Positions 1 to 11,672 of a stretch of 31,383 nt of DNA are shown here, in pieces. The position numbers were made by a program, and so were the translations under genes. Below the pieces are notes generated by a model. The model was not told the origin of the DNA. It searched no databases and saw nothing but the letters and a program-made list of their open reading frames with translations. This stretch comes from Chiloscyllium plagiosum (Eukaryota): the NCBI RefSeq assembly GCF_004010195.1, contig NC_057718.1:57489023-57520405 (forward strand), written 5' to 3'. The number at the start of each line of letters is the position of its first letter. Within the stretch, counting starts at the first letter, position 1.

Positions 1-1028
1 TGCTTTGCAGAGGGGCCTGGATGTCCTTGTGCATGAATCACAAAGTCTGCAGGTACAACAAGTAATTAGGAAGGTAAGTGCGGTCATGGTGGCTCAGTGG
101 TTAGCACTGCTGCCGCACAGCACCAGAGTCCCATGTTTGATTCCAGCCTTGGGCGACTGTCTGTGTGGAGTTTGCACATTCTCTGCGTGGGTTTCCTCTG
201 GGTGCTCCGGTTTCCTCCCACAGTCCAAAGATGTGCATGTCAGGTGAATTGGCCATGCTAAATTGCCCATAGTGTTAGGTTAATTAGTCAGAGGGAAATG
301 GGTCTGGGTGGGTTACTCTTTGGAGGGTCGGTGTGGACTGGTTGGGCCGCTGGGCCAGATCCCACACTGTCGGTAATCTAATCTAATCTAATCTAATCAT
401 TACTAAAGGGATTGAGTTTAAAAGCAGGGAGGTTATATTGTAGCTGTATAGGATGCTGTCGAGGCCACACCTGGAGGAATGTGTGCAGTTTTGATCTCCG
501 TATTTGAGAAAGGATGTACTGGCACTAGAAGTGTGCAGAGGAGGTTCACTAGGTTGATTCCGGATTTGAGTGGGTTGGCTTATGAGGAGAGACTGTGTAG
601 ACTGGGATATATTCATTGGAATTAATAACAATAAAGGTAGAATCTCATAGAAACATATAAAATTATGAAGGAAATAGATAGACTTAGAGAGGATGTTTCC
701 ACTGGCGGGTGAAACTAGGACAAGAGGGTTTAGCCTCAAAATTAGGGAGCAGATTTAGAACTAAATTGAGAATGAACCTCTTCACCCAGAAAGTTGTGAA
801 TCTATAGAATTCCTTGTCCAGTGAAGATGCTACTTCAGTAAATATTTTTAAAGCTAAGAGATTTTTTTGAATGATAAAGGAATTAAGGGTTACGGTGAGA
901 GGGCGGGTAAGTGGAGCTGCGGCCACAAAAACATCATCTGTGATCTCTATGACCTTATTGAATGGTGGAGCAGGTTCAAAGTGCCAGACGGCCTACTCCT
1001 GCTCCTAGTTCTTATATTCTTATGTTCT
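1..1028 (+). mobile_element. CR1-clade LINE 3' fragment (RT C-terminus and 3' tail), split by a SINE at 80-398
   Basis: Decayed CR1 ORF2 C-terminal motifs (RPHLEECVQF*SPYLRKD; LFTQKVVNL*NSL). It ends in a CR1-type tail GGCCTACTCCTGCTCCTAGTTCTTATATTCTTATGTTCT. Confidence 0.85.
80..398 (+). mobile_element. tRNA-derived V-SINE (HE1-like), full length
   Basis: A box TGGCTCAGTGG (90-100), B box GTTTGATTCC (135-144), V-domain-like core (CTGTGTGGAGTTTGCACATTCTC...GGTTTCCTCCCACAGTCCAAAGATGTGC), CR1-like 3' part and (TAATC)5 tail at 374-398. Confidence 0.9.
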
Positions 1029-1924
1029 CAATTCTTGATTTTGTTGCATTTTCAGGGAATGATGTTTTTGAACCAAAATGTTGCTGGGTCGCTTCTGGCT
1101 ACATTGAAAACTGACATATTGCCCATCTGTCATGAGACTTCTTTGCACACTTATTAGCCAACTTCAACAATTTCTTACATGTGACTGTCATAATCAGATG
1201 TCAAAGAATTCCATTGTAAGTGATGATCCTGGAATGATACTTTTCCCACTAATATGCAAGTCAAGTTAAAGCTTAGGAATGCACTTAATAGATGTACACT
1301 TCATTGAAATGACATTGTAAAAAACAGGAAGCACCATTTTCTTTACACAGTGAGCTGTTAACATCTGGGATACACTGCCTGAAAGGATGGTTGAAAGTGA
1401 TTTAGTGGGAATGTTCACACAAATTGAAAAGACCTGGTATGTTATCGTAGTGATTAATGATTATTCATATGTGAAAGACAGTTGAATCCAGTAGAGCTAA
1501 CAAACATAAAATATATACTTTACAAATTTTCTGCATCACTGCAGTATCCTTTTTTGTGGTTCAATTAACATCTTCAGTCATCACTGATCGTCTTATGGGG
1601 TGGCTCCAGAAGACTGGATTGCAAATGTTACACTTCTGTTTTAAAAAAAGGAGAGAGGTAAATCTGCAAACTACTGGATGTTTGTGGTCCGATAACTTTT
1701 GGACTTAATAATCTGACACAAGCTTATGTAGAGAACAATGAACTAGCAAACTGTATTCAGCACAGATTTGTTAAATACAACTTGTGTTTGATTGACTGGA
1801 TCAAATTCATTGATGTAACTGAGAATGATGATTAGGTAACGTTGGACATATAGACTTTCAAATGGCATTTGACAAAGTACTACATAATAAATTTGCTCGT
1901 TATTTTAAATTCCATGAGATTTGT

Positions 1925-2083
1925 CAGATACATTAGGGACATTTAAGTGACTCTTGGATAGGCACATGGAAGATAGTACAATGAAGGGTGTGTAGGTTAG
2001 TCTGATCTTAGAATAGGATAAAAGGCCAGCACAACATTAAAGGCTGAAGGGCCTGTACTGTGCTGTACTGTTCTATGTTCTAT
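1925..2083 (+). mobile_element. Short, 5'-truncated CR1 3' end nested in the older CR1
   Basis: GGCTGAAGGGCCTGTACTGTGCTGTACTGTTCTATGTTCTAT tail, preceded by ACATTTAAGTGACTCTTGGATAGGCACATGG. Confidence 0.8.
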
Positions 2084-2450
2084 TAAAGAAGTAGTGGCAG
2101 CATTGAAATGAAATTGGTAAAGGCGCCGCAAGCAGAAAGCAATGGTGGATAGTTTATTTCAAATGTGAGGGAAGAATAGTGTGTGTTCCAAAAGTTTGAA
2201 TTAGACAATTTTTTGTTACATTTTAAGGTCCTTAGTTTAAAGCTCACAAATGGCATTAATTTCTGAAATGTAATGAACAGTAAGGAACATAACAACCAAA
2301 GAGAATGCTTATAGATAAAATGAGTAGACACATTAAGGATGGAATTTGAGTGTAGTGTGAAGTAATACATTTTTAGTAGGCAGAATGAGCAGAGACATAT
2401 AAGCACTAAGTAGTGTGTACAGGGACAGAGAATCAATGCAGAATAAGTTG

Positions 2451-3188
2451 TGTTACAACACGGGGTAAACCCTTCTGCTAATTTGAACCAGACCCACAAA
2501 AAAGCTCATCTTGCCTCGTAATCTGTTAAAGTATGAGTGACAAATAACAACAAAAATCCCTTTATGTAAAGAAGAAAATTTAACAATTTATTCTTTAACT
2601 CTAAGAAACACAGGAATATTAAACACCAACTATTTACAGTGTAATCCGCCTTTGTCTGATCAATTTATCTACCTCCCACTCTGCAACAATATACCTATCT
2701 GATAAAACCCCCCAATTAAGTTTAATAAAAAATTCAAATTTCAAAACCAGCCAGTTGTCACTTTTCCCTTCATCTGTACTTTCCTGGGTCTTTTTTTCAG
2801 TCTTCTGTTTCATAAATTTCATATAAAAAGGTACATTTCAGAGAGTGATTCTGCAGGCTATCTGTGTATGTTGGTGCTGTTTGCTGCTCTGGCTAACTGT
2901 TCAAAATACCAAATTCTGTATACCCCAAAACATCAGGCCATCTCATTGGTTTGATGTCATCAAAACATTAAAATGCAAATTCAATTGGATTTTGGTATCT
3001 TGGTGTGTAATTTAAATTGATTCGCCAAATTTGAATTTGTTGTGTGCCATGGCAATGCATCTCCAGCTATTTATTTCACAACCAAATGTTACATTTTAAA
3101 ATTTTGCAGCATACTCTGTGCCTTTCTAGGTCTGTGACAGCTTCCACTCTCTCTTCAAGGTACAGTACACACCTGCACCTTTATAACT
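2451..3188 (-). mobile_element. Solo LTR, 738 bp, with 4-bp TSD
   Basis: Termini TGTTA...TAAC(T), with the last base mutated. GTTG is duplicated at 2447-2450 and 3189-3192. On the minus strand a CCAAT (2949-2945), a TATA-like TATACA (2922-2917) and an AATAAA (2592-2587) occur in LTR order. Confidence 0.8.
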
Positions 3189-5395
3189 GTTGAGAAGGCT
3201 GTTTAAAGTATATATGGATCTTTGGATTTATTAATAAAGTACTAAAGCAAAAATACAAGTTCAGACATCAGATCCAGACTTCAGGAAAAATGTTGAGGCC
3301 TTTTTGAGAGGAGATATGAGATGTACTGGAATGCCACTAAGGATGAGAGACTTTGGTTCTGGTATTACGATTGTTGTACTTAGAACAGTGAAGGTTCAGA
3401 CAAAATTTGATTGTTTTCATAATTATGAAGGGTTTTGATAAAATCATGAGAAAGAAACTATTTCCAGTGGGAGAAGGTTTGATAACCAGAGAAAGTGATT
3501 GACAAAAGAATGGTGACTTTATTTATACAGCAAGGTTTTCGTAATACACATTGTGTGAAAAGCTGGAGAGTAGGTTCAACAGTAACACTTAAAGAAAAGT
3601 TGAAAAATACTTGCAATTGTAAATACTTGAAAAGAGAAAACAAAAGCTTTGTGAAAAGGGAAGGAAAGTGAGATCAATTAGATTACTTTGTCAATGATCT
3701 GGGATGGGCACTATGGGCCAAGTGACCTCCTTATATACAATATCATTCTATAATTCTGGTACTCTGAGAAGCTGAGGATGTGATCAGCAAGACCAGTGGC
3801 AAGTCTCAATTGATTATATTTCTGCTGCTCAGATTTTTAAAAGTCGCACTGAAAGCCTTCTCTCTACTGGGAAATGGTCTTTGACAGCATCCAGTAGCAT
3901 TAGACAAGATTTGTACTTTTGGCTTCCCTTTGTGGATTAAGTGCAGATAGGTTCTTTGTGTGAATAATATTAAGGAACTTCTCTTGCATAAATGTCACCA
4001 AGTTAAACAGACAGTTGCAGATATACTTAAACTGTTCCTATTGGTCCTGCAATTGTGTGTCCTAGAAAGCAACCTGCTTCCTTTACTGAAGGCACTGATA
4101 CTTTCCAAAAAGATGTAAGGATTGCATTCAGGATATCAAGTCTCAACAGCACTTGTAATTTCTCCTTCATGGCTGCTAGAATGCTAACTCAAGCAACTAG
4201 CTATATCTGCTTCTCCTTGACTTTGCTTTATCAATAAAGCAATCAGAATTTGTATACCTTTTTTTATAATTTAACTGGAATTCACTTTGTTCTGGCAATG
4301 ATATACCCCTTAAGACATCTTCAGAGAGTGAAAATTGTAATGCAGTAGGAAAATTTTAACCTGATGAATGTGTAGGTGGTATGTGATTCTGCGTGTAAAA
4401 TTACCGATCTGGTAGCCAAGTTTCCAAGTTCCTGTCATGATTCTAACTAGTTCTGCTTTGGCTGGGATCTGAAACTGGAATGAGATCATAGAAAAGTAGA
4501 AAACTTTAGTTATTAAATTTGGAACTTTCAGGGGTGGCTTTCGTGATTTGGCCTTGTTTTCTGTTGTAAAGTCTGTAAGGACCCAGCTGTATTCTGCCCA
4601 TCATCTGTCTGTGTATAATTACGTGCATTATTTTGCATGTTAAAGAAGTTTCTTAAAAGCACACTTCAGAAGACATTATGCAAAGAAAAGCATATTTTTG
4701 GCAATATTCAACTGTTCCAAATTTTAATATACGTATTAATGTTGCAATGAGGTGTAAATAGCAACGCTGGTGATCTGGTTTGTCTAATCAGTTGTGACTT
4801 TTGTGAAACAAACATTCATGATTGCAACCTCATGTGAAGAAATGAGAATGTAAGACTTTCTACATGCCATGAAGAACTAGATAGATAAGGAATGGTACAA
4901 TATGAGAATAAGTGATTAATCTAGAGCACTGCTCATACAATTAATTAATACCTGTTCCAAATGCCAGGACTCCAGTGCAATTTAAGCATCATTTTATGTA
5001 TGATTTGAACTATCAATTTCAGAAAAGACAACCAGCAATGTTTAATTGGTTCTCATACAAATAGTACAATTCTGAGAAAATTCACAACGTATTTAGAAAG
5101 CAACAAATGACAATTATGCCCTATGAGATGAGGAAGACATTCAAATGGGTAGCAATGAAAATCGTATTTATGATTGTCTACGCTAACTAATTGAATTGTT
5201 TTTCACCACTCCCGGAAGCCATAAGTGGATTTTGTGGTTGTCAGAGAGTCAACATCCCCTATCCAACCCCTTCCATGTAGGAGAATGTCCTGCCTCCAAG
5301 AGCTGCCTGCCAATCAATAGTTGGCTGCAGTGATTGAAAGGCTTGCTGATGATAAATGGAGAAGAGTTTTGTTGTAGAGCCATGGGTGCCCTGTA

Positions 5396-5614
5396 CAGTC
5401 AGTTCTGCTATAACGTACGTTTCGTTAGTGCGAATTGGCTTTAACACGATTGAAAAATTTAGGCCATTATTTGTAGAATGAGATCTTTCCTTACCTGTAT
5501 TGGCTATAATGTGATTCCGGCCCCAGTAATTTAAGTACCACCAGTATTGTGTGAGTTTCTTAAAGCATGAGATTGCACGGAAACAGAACAAGTGTGCTAT
5601 ATCAGAACCGAATG
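5396..5614. mobile_element. Tc1/mariner-superfamily (pogo/Tigger-like) MITE, 219 bp
   Basis: TIRs CAGTCAGTTCTGCTATAAC (5396-5414) and the reverse complement of 5596-5614, CATTCGGTTCTGATATAGC (15/19 match). TA on both sides (5394-5395, 5615-5616). No coding capacity. Confidence 0.85.
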
Positions 5615-5947
5615 TATTAGACACAAGGCCCACACCCTCATGCCTATTACTAGGCAGTTTGTTCACAAGGTATGGACATCATTCCCCCCCCCCTCCCCAT
5701 GATAAAATATCTGTAGATATTGGAAGAGGCCATTAAATAGCCTTTAAATTGCCACTTAAGTGTCTTGATTTGCTCATGTAGCAGTAGGTTAACCAATGAC
5801 TACATTTTCACTGGCAAAATCTTAGCAGATGCAGGTAGGTAATGAGCAGAGTACCTCCTGCTATGACATCAAAATTTATCTGTCCCACTCACTTGCCATA
5901 TACTCCCAGGAGATACTTAAAGTATCAACCATTGACATGCAGCAGAC

Positions 5948-5983
5948 ATTCCTGATGAAGGGCTTTTGCCCGAAATGTTGATT
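5948..5983 (+). ncRNA. Minimal type I hammerhead ribozyme motif, slightly decayed
   Basis: CTGATGA (5952-5958), A, perfect stem II GGGC-TTTT-GCCC, GAAA (5972-5975), then TGTT, consistent with CpG decay of CGTC. Confidence 0.75.
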
Positions 5984-6049
5984 TTCCTGCTCCTCGCATG
6001 CTGCCTGACCTGCTGTGCTTTTCCAGCACCACTCTAATCTTGACTCTGC
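5949..6049 (+). mobile_element. Mini Penelope-like insertion (HHR-bearing terminus only) with 13-bp TSD
   Basis: Homologous to 8972-9066, the 3' end of the PLE in this window. TSD CATGCAGCAGACA (5936-5948) / CATCCAGCAGACA (6050-6062). Confidence 0.85.
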
Positions 6050-6777
6050 CATCCAGCAGACAAACTTGCCTTTTGGAGTTCTTTTGCTGTTAATCTTAAA
6101 GCTCTCTTATTACTATATTATTGACCAGTGAAATTTGCTTTTGCCTAGTCACCTTATAAAATCTATCATAAGTCTTCCTTAGATTTGGGAAAATTCAGAG
6201 TATTAGAAAATTACCAATGTAACACCTTTATTTAGAAAGGCAAGAAGACAAAAAAAAAACTATAGGCCAGATCACTTTACATCTGTCACTGGGAAAATGC
6301 TAGATTCTATTATAAAGGATATAATGGCAAAGCATTTCGAAGTATATGATAAAATCAGGCAGAGTGACTTTATGAAGGGTAAATCATGCCTGACATATTT
6401 ACTAGAAATGTTTTTATGATGTAACAGGCATGATAGATAAATATGAAGCAGTGGATGTAATATATTTAGATTTCCAAAAGACATTTGATAACATACTGCA
6501 CATAAAATTACCTAATAAGATAAGAGCCATCGTGTTGGTGGTAGTATGCGAACATAGATAGAGGATTAGCTAACTAGTAGAAACCAGAGAGTTTAGATCA
6601 AGCTGGCATTTTCAGGATGGCAACTTGCAATGAGTAGAGTGACCCAGGGATCAGTGCTGTGGCACCAGTTATTTAGCTTATATATTAATGGCTTGGATGA
6701 CTGAAGCAAATGTGCGATCACCAAATTTGTGAATAAAGTGAGAAGACAAGTAGTGAAGATGACACAAAGAGTCTGCA

Positions 6778-9066
6778 CTTACTCACCCATCCTCCGAGGA
6801 CCCCTTCTCCCACTCAAACATATTCCATCTACCTGGGCACCCCGTGCTGGTCTGTTACCTGCTCTCGACCTTTTTACCTCACTGCCGCCGTGACATTGAC
6901 CACCTCAACCTGTCCATCCCTCTAACCCACTCCAATTTCTCACCCTCACAAAACACAGCCGTCCACTCTCTCCGCTCCAATCCCAACCTCACCATTAAAC
7001 CAGTGGACAACGCGCAGTGGTAATTTGGCGCACTGACCTCAACATGGCTGAAGCTATGCGCCAACTCACGGTCACTTTCTTCTACTAGCCCCTCACCCAT
7101 GACCTCACCTCCCATCACAAACCATCATCTCTCAGATTATCCACAACCTCATCATCTCAGGGGATCTCCCATCCACAGCTTCCAATCTCATAGTCCCGGA
7201 AACCCCCCGCCACCCGGTTCTACCTCTTACCCAGAATTCACAAACCTGACTGCCTCAGTTGACATATTGTCTCTGCCTGCTAGTGCCCCATCGAACTTAT
7301 CTCCTCAAAGCTTGACACTCTCCTGTCCCTCTTGGTCCAGGAGCTCCCCACATACATTCAGAGCACCACCCATGCCCTCCGCCTCCTCCATGACATTTGT
7401 TTCCCTAACCCCCAATGCCCCATCTTCACCATGGACACCCACTCTCTGTACATGTCCATCCACCATGGCGAAGGCTTCTAAGACTTTCATTTCTTCTTCT
7501 TTGCCGATCCAACCAGTATCCCTCCACTGACACACTCATTCAATTGGCGGAACTGGTTCTCAATCTCAACAGTTTCTACTTCGAATCCTCCCACTTCCTT
7601 CAGACCAAGGGATAGCCGTGGGCACCCGCATGGGCTCCAGCTATGCCTGCCTAATTGTGGAACGGTCCATTTTACGCAGCTACACTGGCACCATTCCCCA
7701 CTTTTTCCTCCGTTACTTTGATAACTGTATTGGTGCCACTTCATACTCCCACAAGGAGGTTGAACAGTTCATCGACTTCACAAACACCTTCCGCCCTGAC
7801 CTCAAGTTCACCTGGACCATTTCAGAGACTTCCTCCCCTTCCTGGGCCTCTCCATCTCCATCCTCGGCAACCATCTCAACACTGACATCTACTTCAGACC
7901 CACCGACTCCCACAGCTACCTGGACGACACCACCTCCCACCCCTTCTTCTGTAAAAATGCTATCTCTTACTCCTAATTCCTCTGCCTCTGCCATATCTGC
8001 TCCCAGGAGGAGCAATTCTACTCCAGGACATCCCAGATGGCCTCCTACTTCAAGGACCGCAATTTCCCCTCCCACGTGATCAACAATGCCCTCCAGTGCA
8101 TCTCTTCCACTTACCGCACCTCCACCCTTTAACCCCACCCCTCCAGCTGCAACAAGGATAGAATGCTCCTGCTCATCACCTTCCATCCCACTAATCTCCA
8201 GGTACTGCACATTATTCTCTGCCATTTCCGCCACCTACAATCAGACCCCACCACAAGAGATATATTTCCCTCCCCACCCCTATCAACATTCCCTCCATGA
8301 ATCCCTTGTTTGGTCCATGCCCCACCCATCAAACCACCCTCCACTCCTGGCACCCTCTGTTGCCACCACAGGAGATGTATAATCTGCGCCCACATTTTCC
8401 TTCTCACCTCTGTCCAAGGCCCCAGTGGATCCTTCCACATCCGGCAGAAGATTTTCCTGCATCTCCAAGCATGTCATTCACTGTATCAGTTGCTCTCAAT
8501 GTGGTCTCCTCTACATTGGGGAGACAGGGCGCCAACTCGTGGAATATTTCAAGGAACATCTCTGGGACACACGGACCAAACAATTCCATTGCCTTGTAGC
8601 CGATCACTTCAACTCCCCCTCCCACTCCGCCAAGGGCATGCCAGTCCTGGGCCTCCTCCACCGCCAAATTAAAGCCACCCGATGCCTGGAGGAAGAACGC
8701 CTCATCTTCTGCCTTGGGATCCTCCAATCAGATGGCATCAACATCAATTTCACCAGTCTCCTCATTTCCCCTCCCTTTACCTTCTCTCAGATCCAACCCT
8801 CCAACTTGGCACTTCTTGAACTGTCCTCCCTGTCCATATTCCCACCCACCTATCCACTCCACCCTCCCGTCTGATCCATCACCATCACCCCCGACACTGT
8901 AACTACCTATTACATTTCCAGCTACCTTCCCCCAGCCCCAACCCCATCCTGTTTATCTTCCCACCTCACATATTCCTGATGAAGCACAAATACTCGAAAC
9001 ATCAACTTTCCTGCTTCTCGGATGCTGCCTGACCTGCTGTGCTTTTCGAGCGCCATACTTTTCGAT
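6778..9066 (+). mobile_element. Penelope-like retroelement (Neptune-type linker), 5'-truncated, frameshifted RT plus GIY-YIG endonuclease
   Basis: RT motifs FTMDTHSLY, QTKGIAVGTRMGSSYACL, FLRYFDNCIG (decayed YxDD) and PTDSHSYLD; Cys linker CCHHRRCIICAH; GIY-YIG segment VIHCISCSQCGLLYIGETGR...EH...VADHFN...LEEERLIF...GIN. Short TGCA duplication at 6774-6777 / 9067-9070. Confidence 0.92.
8972..9007 (+). ncRNA. Decayed minimal hammerhead motif in the PLE 3' end
   Basis: ATTC-CTGATGA (8976-8982), disrupted stem II, GAAAC (8996-9000), ATC. Homologous to 5948-5983. Confidence 0.6.
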
Positions 9067-9244
9067 TGCAGAGGGATATAGACAAGTTAAGCAAGAATTT
9101 GGCAGATGAAATATAATGTGGAGAATTGTTAAGTTATATACATTAGCAGGAAGAATAGAAGATTATTAATTAAATGTGAAAAGACTCCAACACAGGGGCA
9201 TTTAGGCGTTCTCAGACATGAGTCGCAAAAAGTTAGGATCTTAT

Positions 9245-9670
9245 GTGATTCAATAAAATCATCTCTCCTTCTAAACTCCAAAGGATACAGTCTCAGTTGT
9301 CCAATCTTTCCTCATAAGATGACTCCAACCCCTATCTCAGATATCAGTTAAGTGAACTTTCTTTGAACTGCTTCTAATGCAGTTATATCCTTTTCTAAAT
9401 ATGGAGGCCAAAATTGTACATAGTATGCCAGATGTAGTCCTGCTGATGCTCTGTGAAACTGTAGCAAAACACCCCACATTTCTATTCCATTCCCCTTGCA
9501 ACAAGTGACAATTTTTTTATTGGCTTTCCACTCACTCGCTCTATCTGCATATTAACTTTTTGTGATTCATGTATCAGGGTACCAAAGTGCCTGTTTACCT
9601 CAGAGTTCTATAATTTCGCTCTCCTTTTTACAAAAAGTACTGCTTTACTATTATTTGTGCTGAAAATGTC
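9245..9670 (-). mobile_element. CR1 ORF2 C-terminal fragment, reverse orientation
   Basis: The reverse complement reads LHLAYYVQFWPPYLEKDITALEAVQRKFT*LISEI...SYEERLDN, the same region as 460-620. Confidence 0.8.
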
Positions 9671-9788
9671 AACGTTCCTGTGCCACTGTCGGGAGAGGAG
9701 ATTTGCCTTCATGATGGTATTGTGTCAGTCCAGCTGGCTGCAGCAAGTGCCACCTCAGATACACTTCCTGGCATAATGTTGACTTGAA

Positions 9789-10757
9789 CATCAAGTGTCA
9801 CTACATACTGAGGTTCTACCTGTCCCCGGTGTTGCGAAGGATGGGCCTGGCCCCGCTGCTGCGGAATGCTCTGAGTAGTTGGACCGTTCCGTATCACCTG
9901 TCCTTTGTGGAGATGTTTATGAAGAAAAACACCTTTGACCACAAGTCCATCAGGAAGTGGTCAGCACGTAATGTCCTTGAGGAAAAGGAGAGGGCGGATC
10001 CTATCGAGCGGTTCCCTGAGCAGACTGTCAAAGTCATTTGGCAGAATGCCTCATCGCCAGAACTTTCCAACAAGCACCAAGACACAGCTTGGCTGGTGAT
10101 GAGAAGGGCTCCGCCTGTGAGATCCTTTATGCACGCCCGGACTCTCTTCTGCACCACACGCTGCCCTCAAAGCGGCTGTGGAGGGGACGAGACTGTCACA
10201 CACCTTCTGGAATGTGCCTATGCAGAAGAAGTCTGGAGCGGAATGCAGTGGTGTTTGTTGAGGTTCGTCCCGAGCAACTCCATGACGCGGGACTCTGTGC
10301 TCCACGGTGTGTTCCCCGGGACACACACCGAGACGAACATCAACTGTGCCTGGAGGATCATCAACTCGGTGAAGGACGCTCTCTGGGCGGTCCGACACCT
10401 GTTGATCTTCCAGCTGAAGGAGTTGACCCCGACTGAGTGTTGCAGACTGGCACGTTCCAAGGTCCAGGACTACATGTTGAAGGACGCGCTGAAGCTTGGG
10501 GCAGCTGCCGCCAAGGCCCGGTGGGGAAAGACCACCATGTAACATCTGCTTGCCTAAGCACAGGGGTCCGACGCAGTAAGGGGGCTCCGCAGACCCCCCT
10601 GCTAAATATGTGGATAGTAATCGTACAGACCTGTATATATGAATGATTACTCTGTCTCTGTATGCCAAGAAATGGAACGTTTACATATGTATGGCATGAC
10701 CAATTGTACAGATCATCAAAATATTTATGAATAAAGTATATTTTTGAAATAAAAAAA
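9789..10757 (+). mobile_element. Tx1/L1-clade LINE, 5'-truncated, with poly(A) and perfect 14-bp TSD
   Basis: TSD AATGTTGACTTGAA at 9775-9788 and 10758-10771. AATAAA signals and an A-tail precede the right TSD. Many CpGs are retained. Confidence 0.9.
9790..10542 (+). pseudogene. Open 3' part of LINE ORF2 (zf-RVT / CCHC C-terminal domain); no RT or endonuclease
   Basis: About 250 stop-free codons with W...LSNKHQDTAW...CPQSGCGGDETVTHLLEC...VW, typical of the L1/Tx1 C-terminus. The ORF-track start (TTG) lies inside the TSD and is not a real start. Confidence 0.85.
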
Positions 10758-11058
10758 AATGTTGACTTGAAAATATAGTTTAGATGAGGAGTCTTTAAGG
10801 AGGCACAAATATGCAGGATCCAGGAAATGGAACTGGTCACATAGCCAGACAGTGAGACCGCATACTAACTCTGGTAGAGATTTGCAGGCTTTTGAAGAAG
10901 GTTGGTGGACATGCTCCTGGCAAGGCTGGGAGCACTGACCAGTTTGCAAGAGAGCTTACATACAATGGATGAGAGCATGGAGGAGGCAAGCTGTAACTTG
11001 TGTTCAAAGTTAAAAATCACACAACACCAAGTTATAATCCAACAAGTTTATTTGGAAG

Positions 11059-11093
11059 CACAAGCTTTTGGAGCGCTGCACTTTCATCAGGTG
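11059..11093 (-). ncRNA. Decayed minimal hammerhead motif (left PLE arm)
   Basis: Minus strand CAC-CTGATGA-A-AGTGC-AGC-GCTCC-AAAA-GCTT-GTG. G12 is lost and stem II has mismatches. Confidence 0.7.
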
Positions 11094-11474
11094 GTTGTGG
11101 ACAATAAGATTGTAAGACACAGAATTTATAGCAAAAGTTTACAGTGTGATGTAACTGAAAGTCTATGTTGAAAAAGACCTGGATTGTTTGTTAATCTCTC
11201 ATCTTTTTAGAATGACCATGTTGGTTCCAGTTCTTTCATATGTTATACGCAAAACTTTTTAAAAAAACGTCAGATTCTCAAATGAACTTCAACAATTGGT
11301 GTCATGTCGGCCCAGACAATGTATTGAAGGTGTTAGTTCCCTGTGAGGTGTCTGTGCCACAATGGTCAGACTGATTGTAATCTAAAAACAGATTTACAGA
11401 ATCTTACATGGATTCATGCAGTTTTTGAGCAAAGTAAAATGTAATTCTGCAAGTACATATTCACCCCACAAACT

Positions 11475-11672
11475 TGTGTGTGTGTGTGTGTGTGTGTGAG
11501 AGAGGGGGTGGGATGGGGGGTGTATATGAGTATCTGTGAGGGTGTGTGTGTGTGAGAATGTAAAAGGGTTTAAGTCTGTGAGAGGGTGTGTGTGGGAGTG
11601 CATATACGAGTGTATGAGAGTGTGTGTGTCTGTCTGTCTGTCTGTCTGTCTGTGTGGGTCTGTCTCTGTGTG
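11475..11672. repeat. (TG)n and (TGTC)n microsatellite tract inside the PLE 3' UTR; CA-rich counterpart at about 12605-12760
   Basis: (TG)12 at 11475-11498, (TGTC)n at about 11627-11652, with degenerate TG/AG repeats between. Confidence 0.9.

Larger units (their letters stand above)
1595..3757 (+). mobile_element. Old, highly decayed CR1 ORF2 fragment carrying two nested insertions
   Basis: Remnants of CR1 RT motifs (PEDW-IANVTLLF, DFQMAFDKVLH) and a 3' tail near 3710-3757. The sequence reads through once 2451-3188 is removed (GTTG|AGAAGGCTG). Confidence 0.7.
6175..9240 (+). mobile_element. CR1 RT fragment (about 6175-6777 plus 9067-9240) split by a Penelope insertion
   Basis: NYRP...LTSVTGKMLDSIIKD, DFMKGKSCLTYLLE, VDVIYLDFQKTFD, SRVTQGSVLW motifs. 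Sequence resumes as (T)TGCAGAGGGATATAGAC after the PLE. Confidence 0.85.

Noticed and set aside
80..150. tRNA gene
   Set aside because: The A and B boxes belong to a SINE head that continues into the V-domain; there is no full cloverleaf.
1056..1215. Exon-like segment with acceptor TTGCATTTTCAG and donor GTAAGT
   Set aside because: All three frames contain stops and there is no other support. A non-coding exon cannot be excluded.
6879..8902. Many overlapping Pro/Ser-rich or Gly/Glu-rich ORFs on both strands
   Set aside because: These are off-frame and antisense readings of the C-rich Penelope ORF.
9784..10542. Longest ORF (252 aa) as a host gene
   Set aside because: It is the 3' end of a LINE ORF2 bounded by a TSD and poly(A); the TTG start lies within the TSD.
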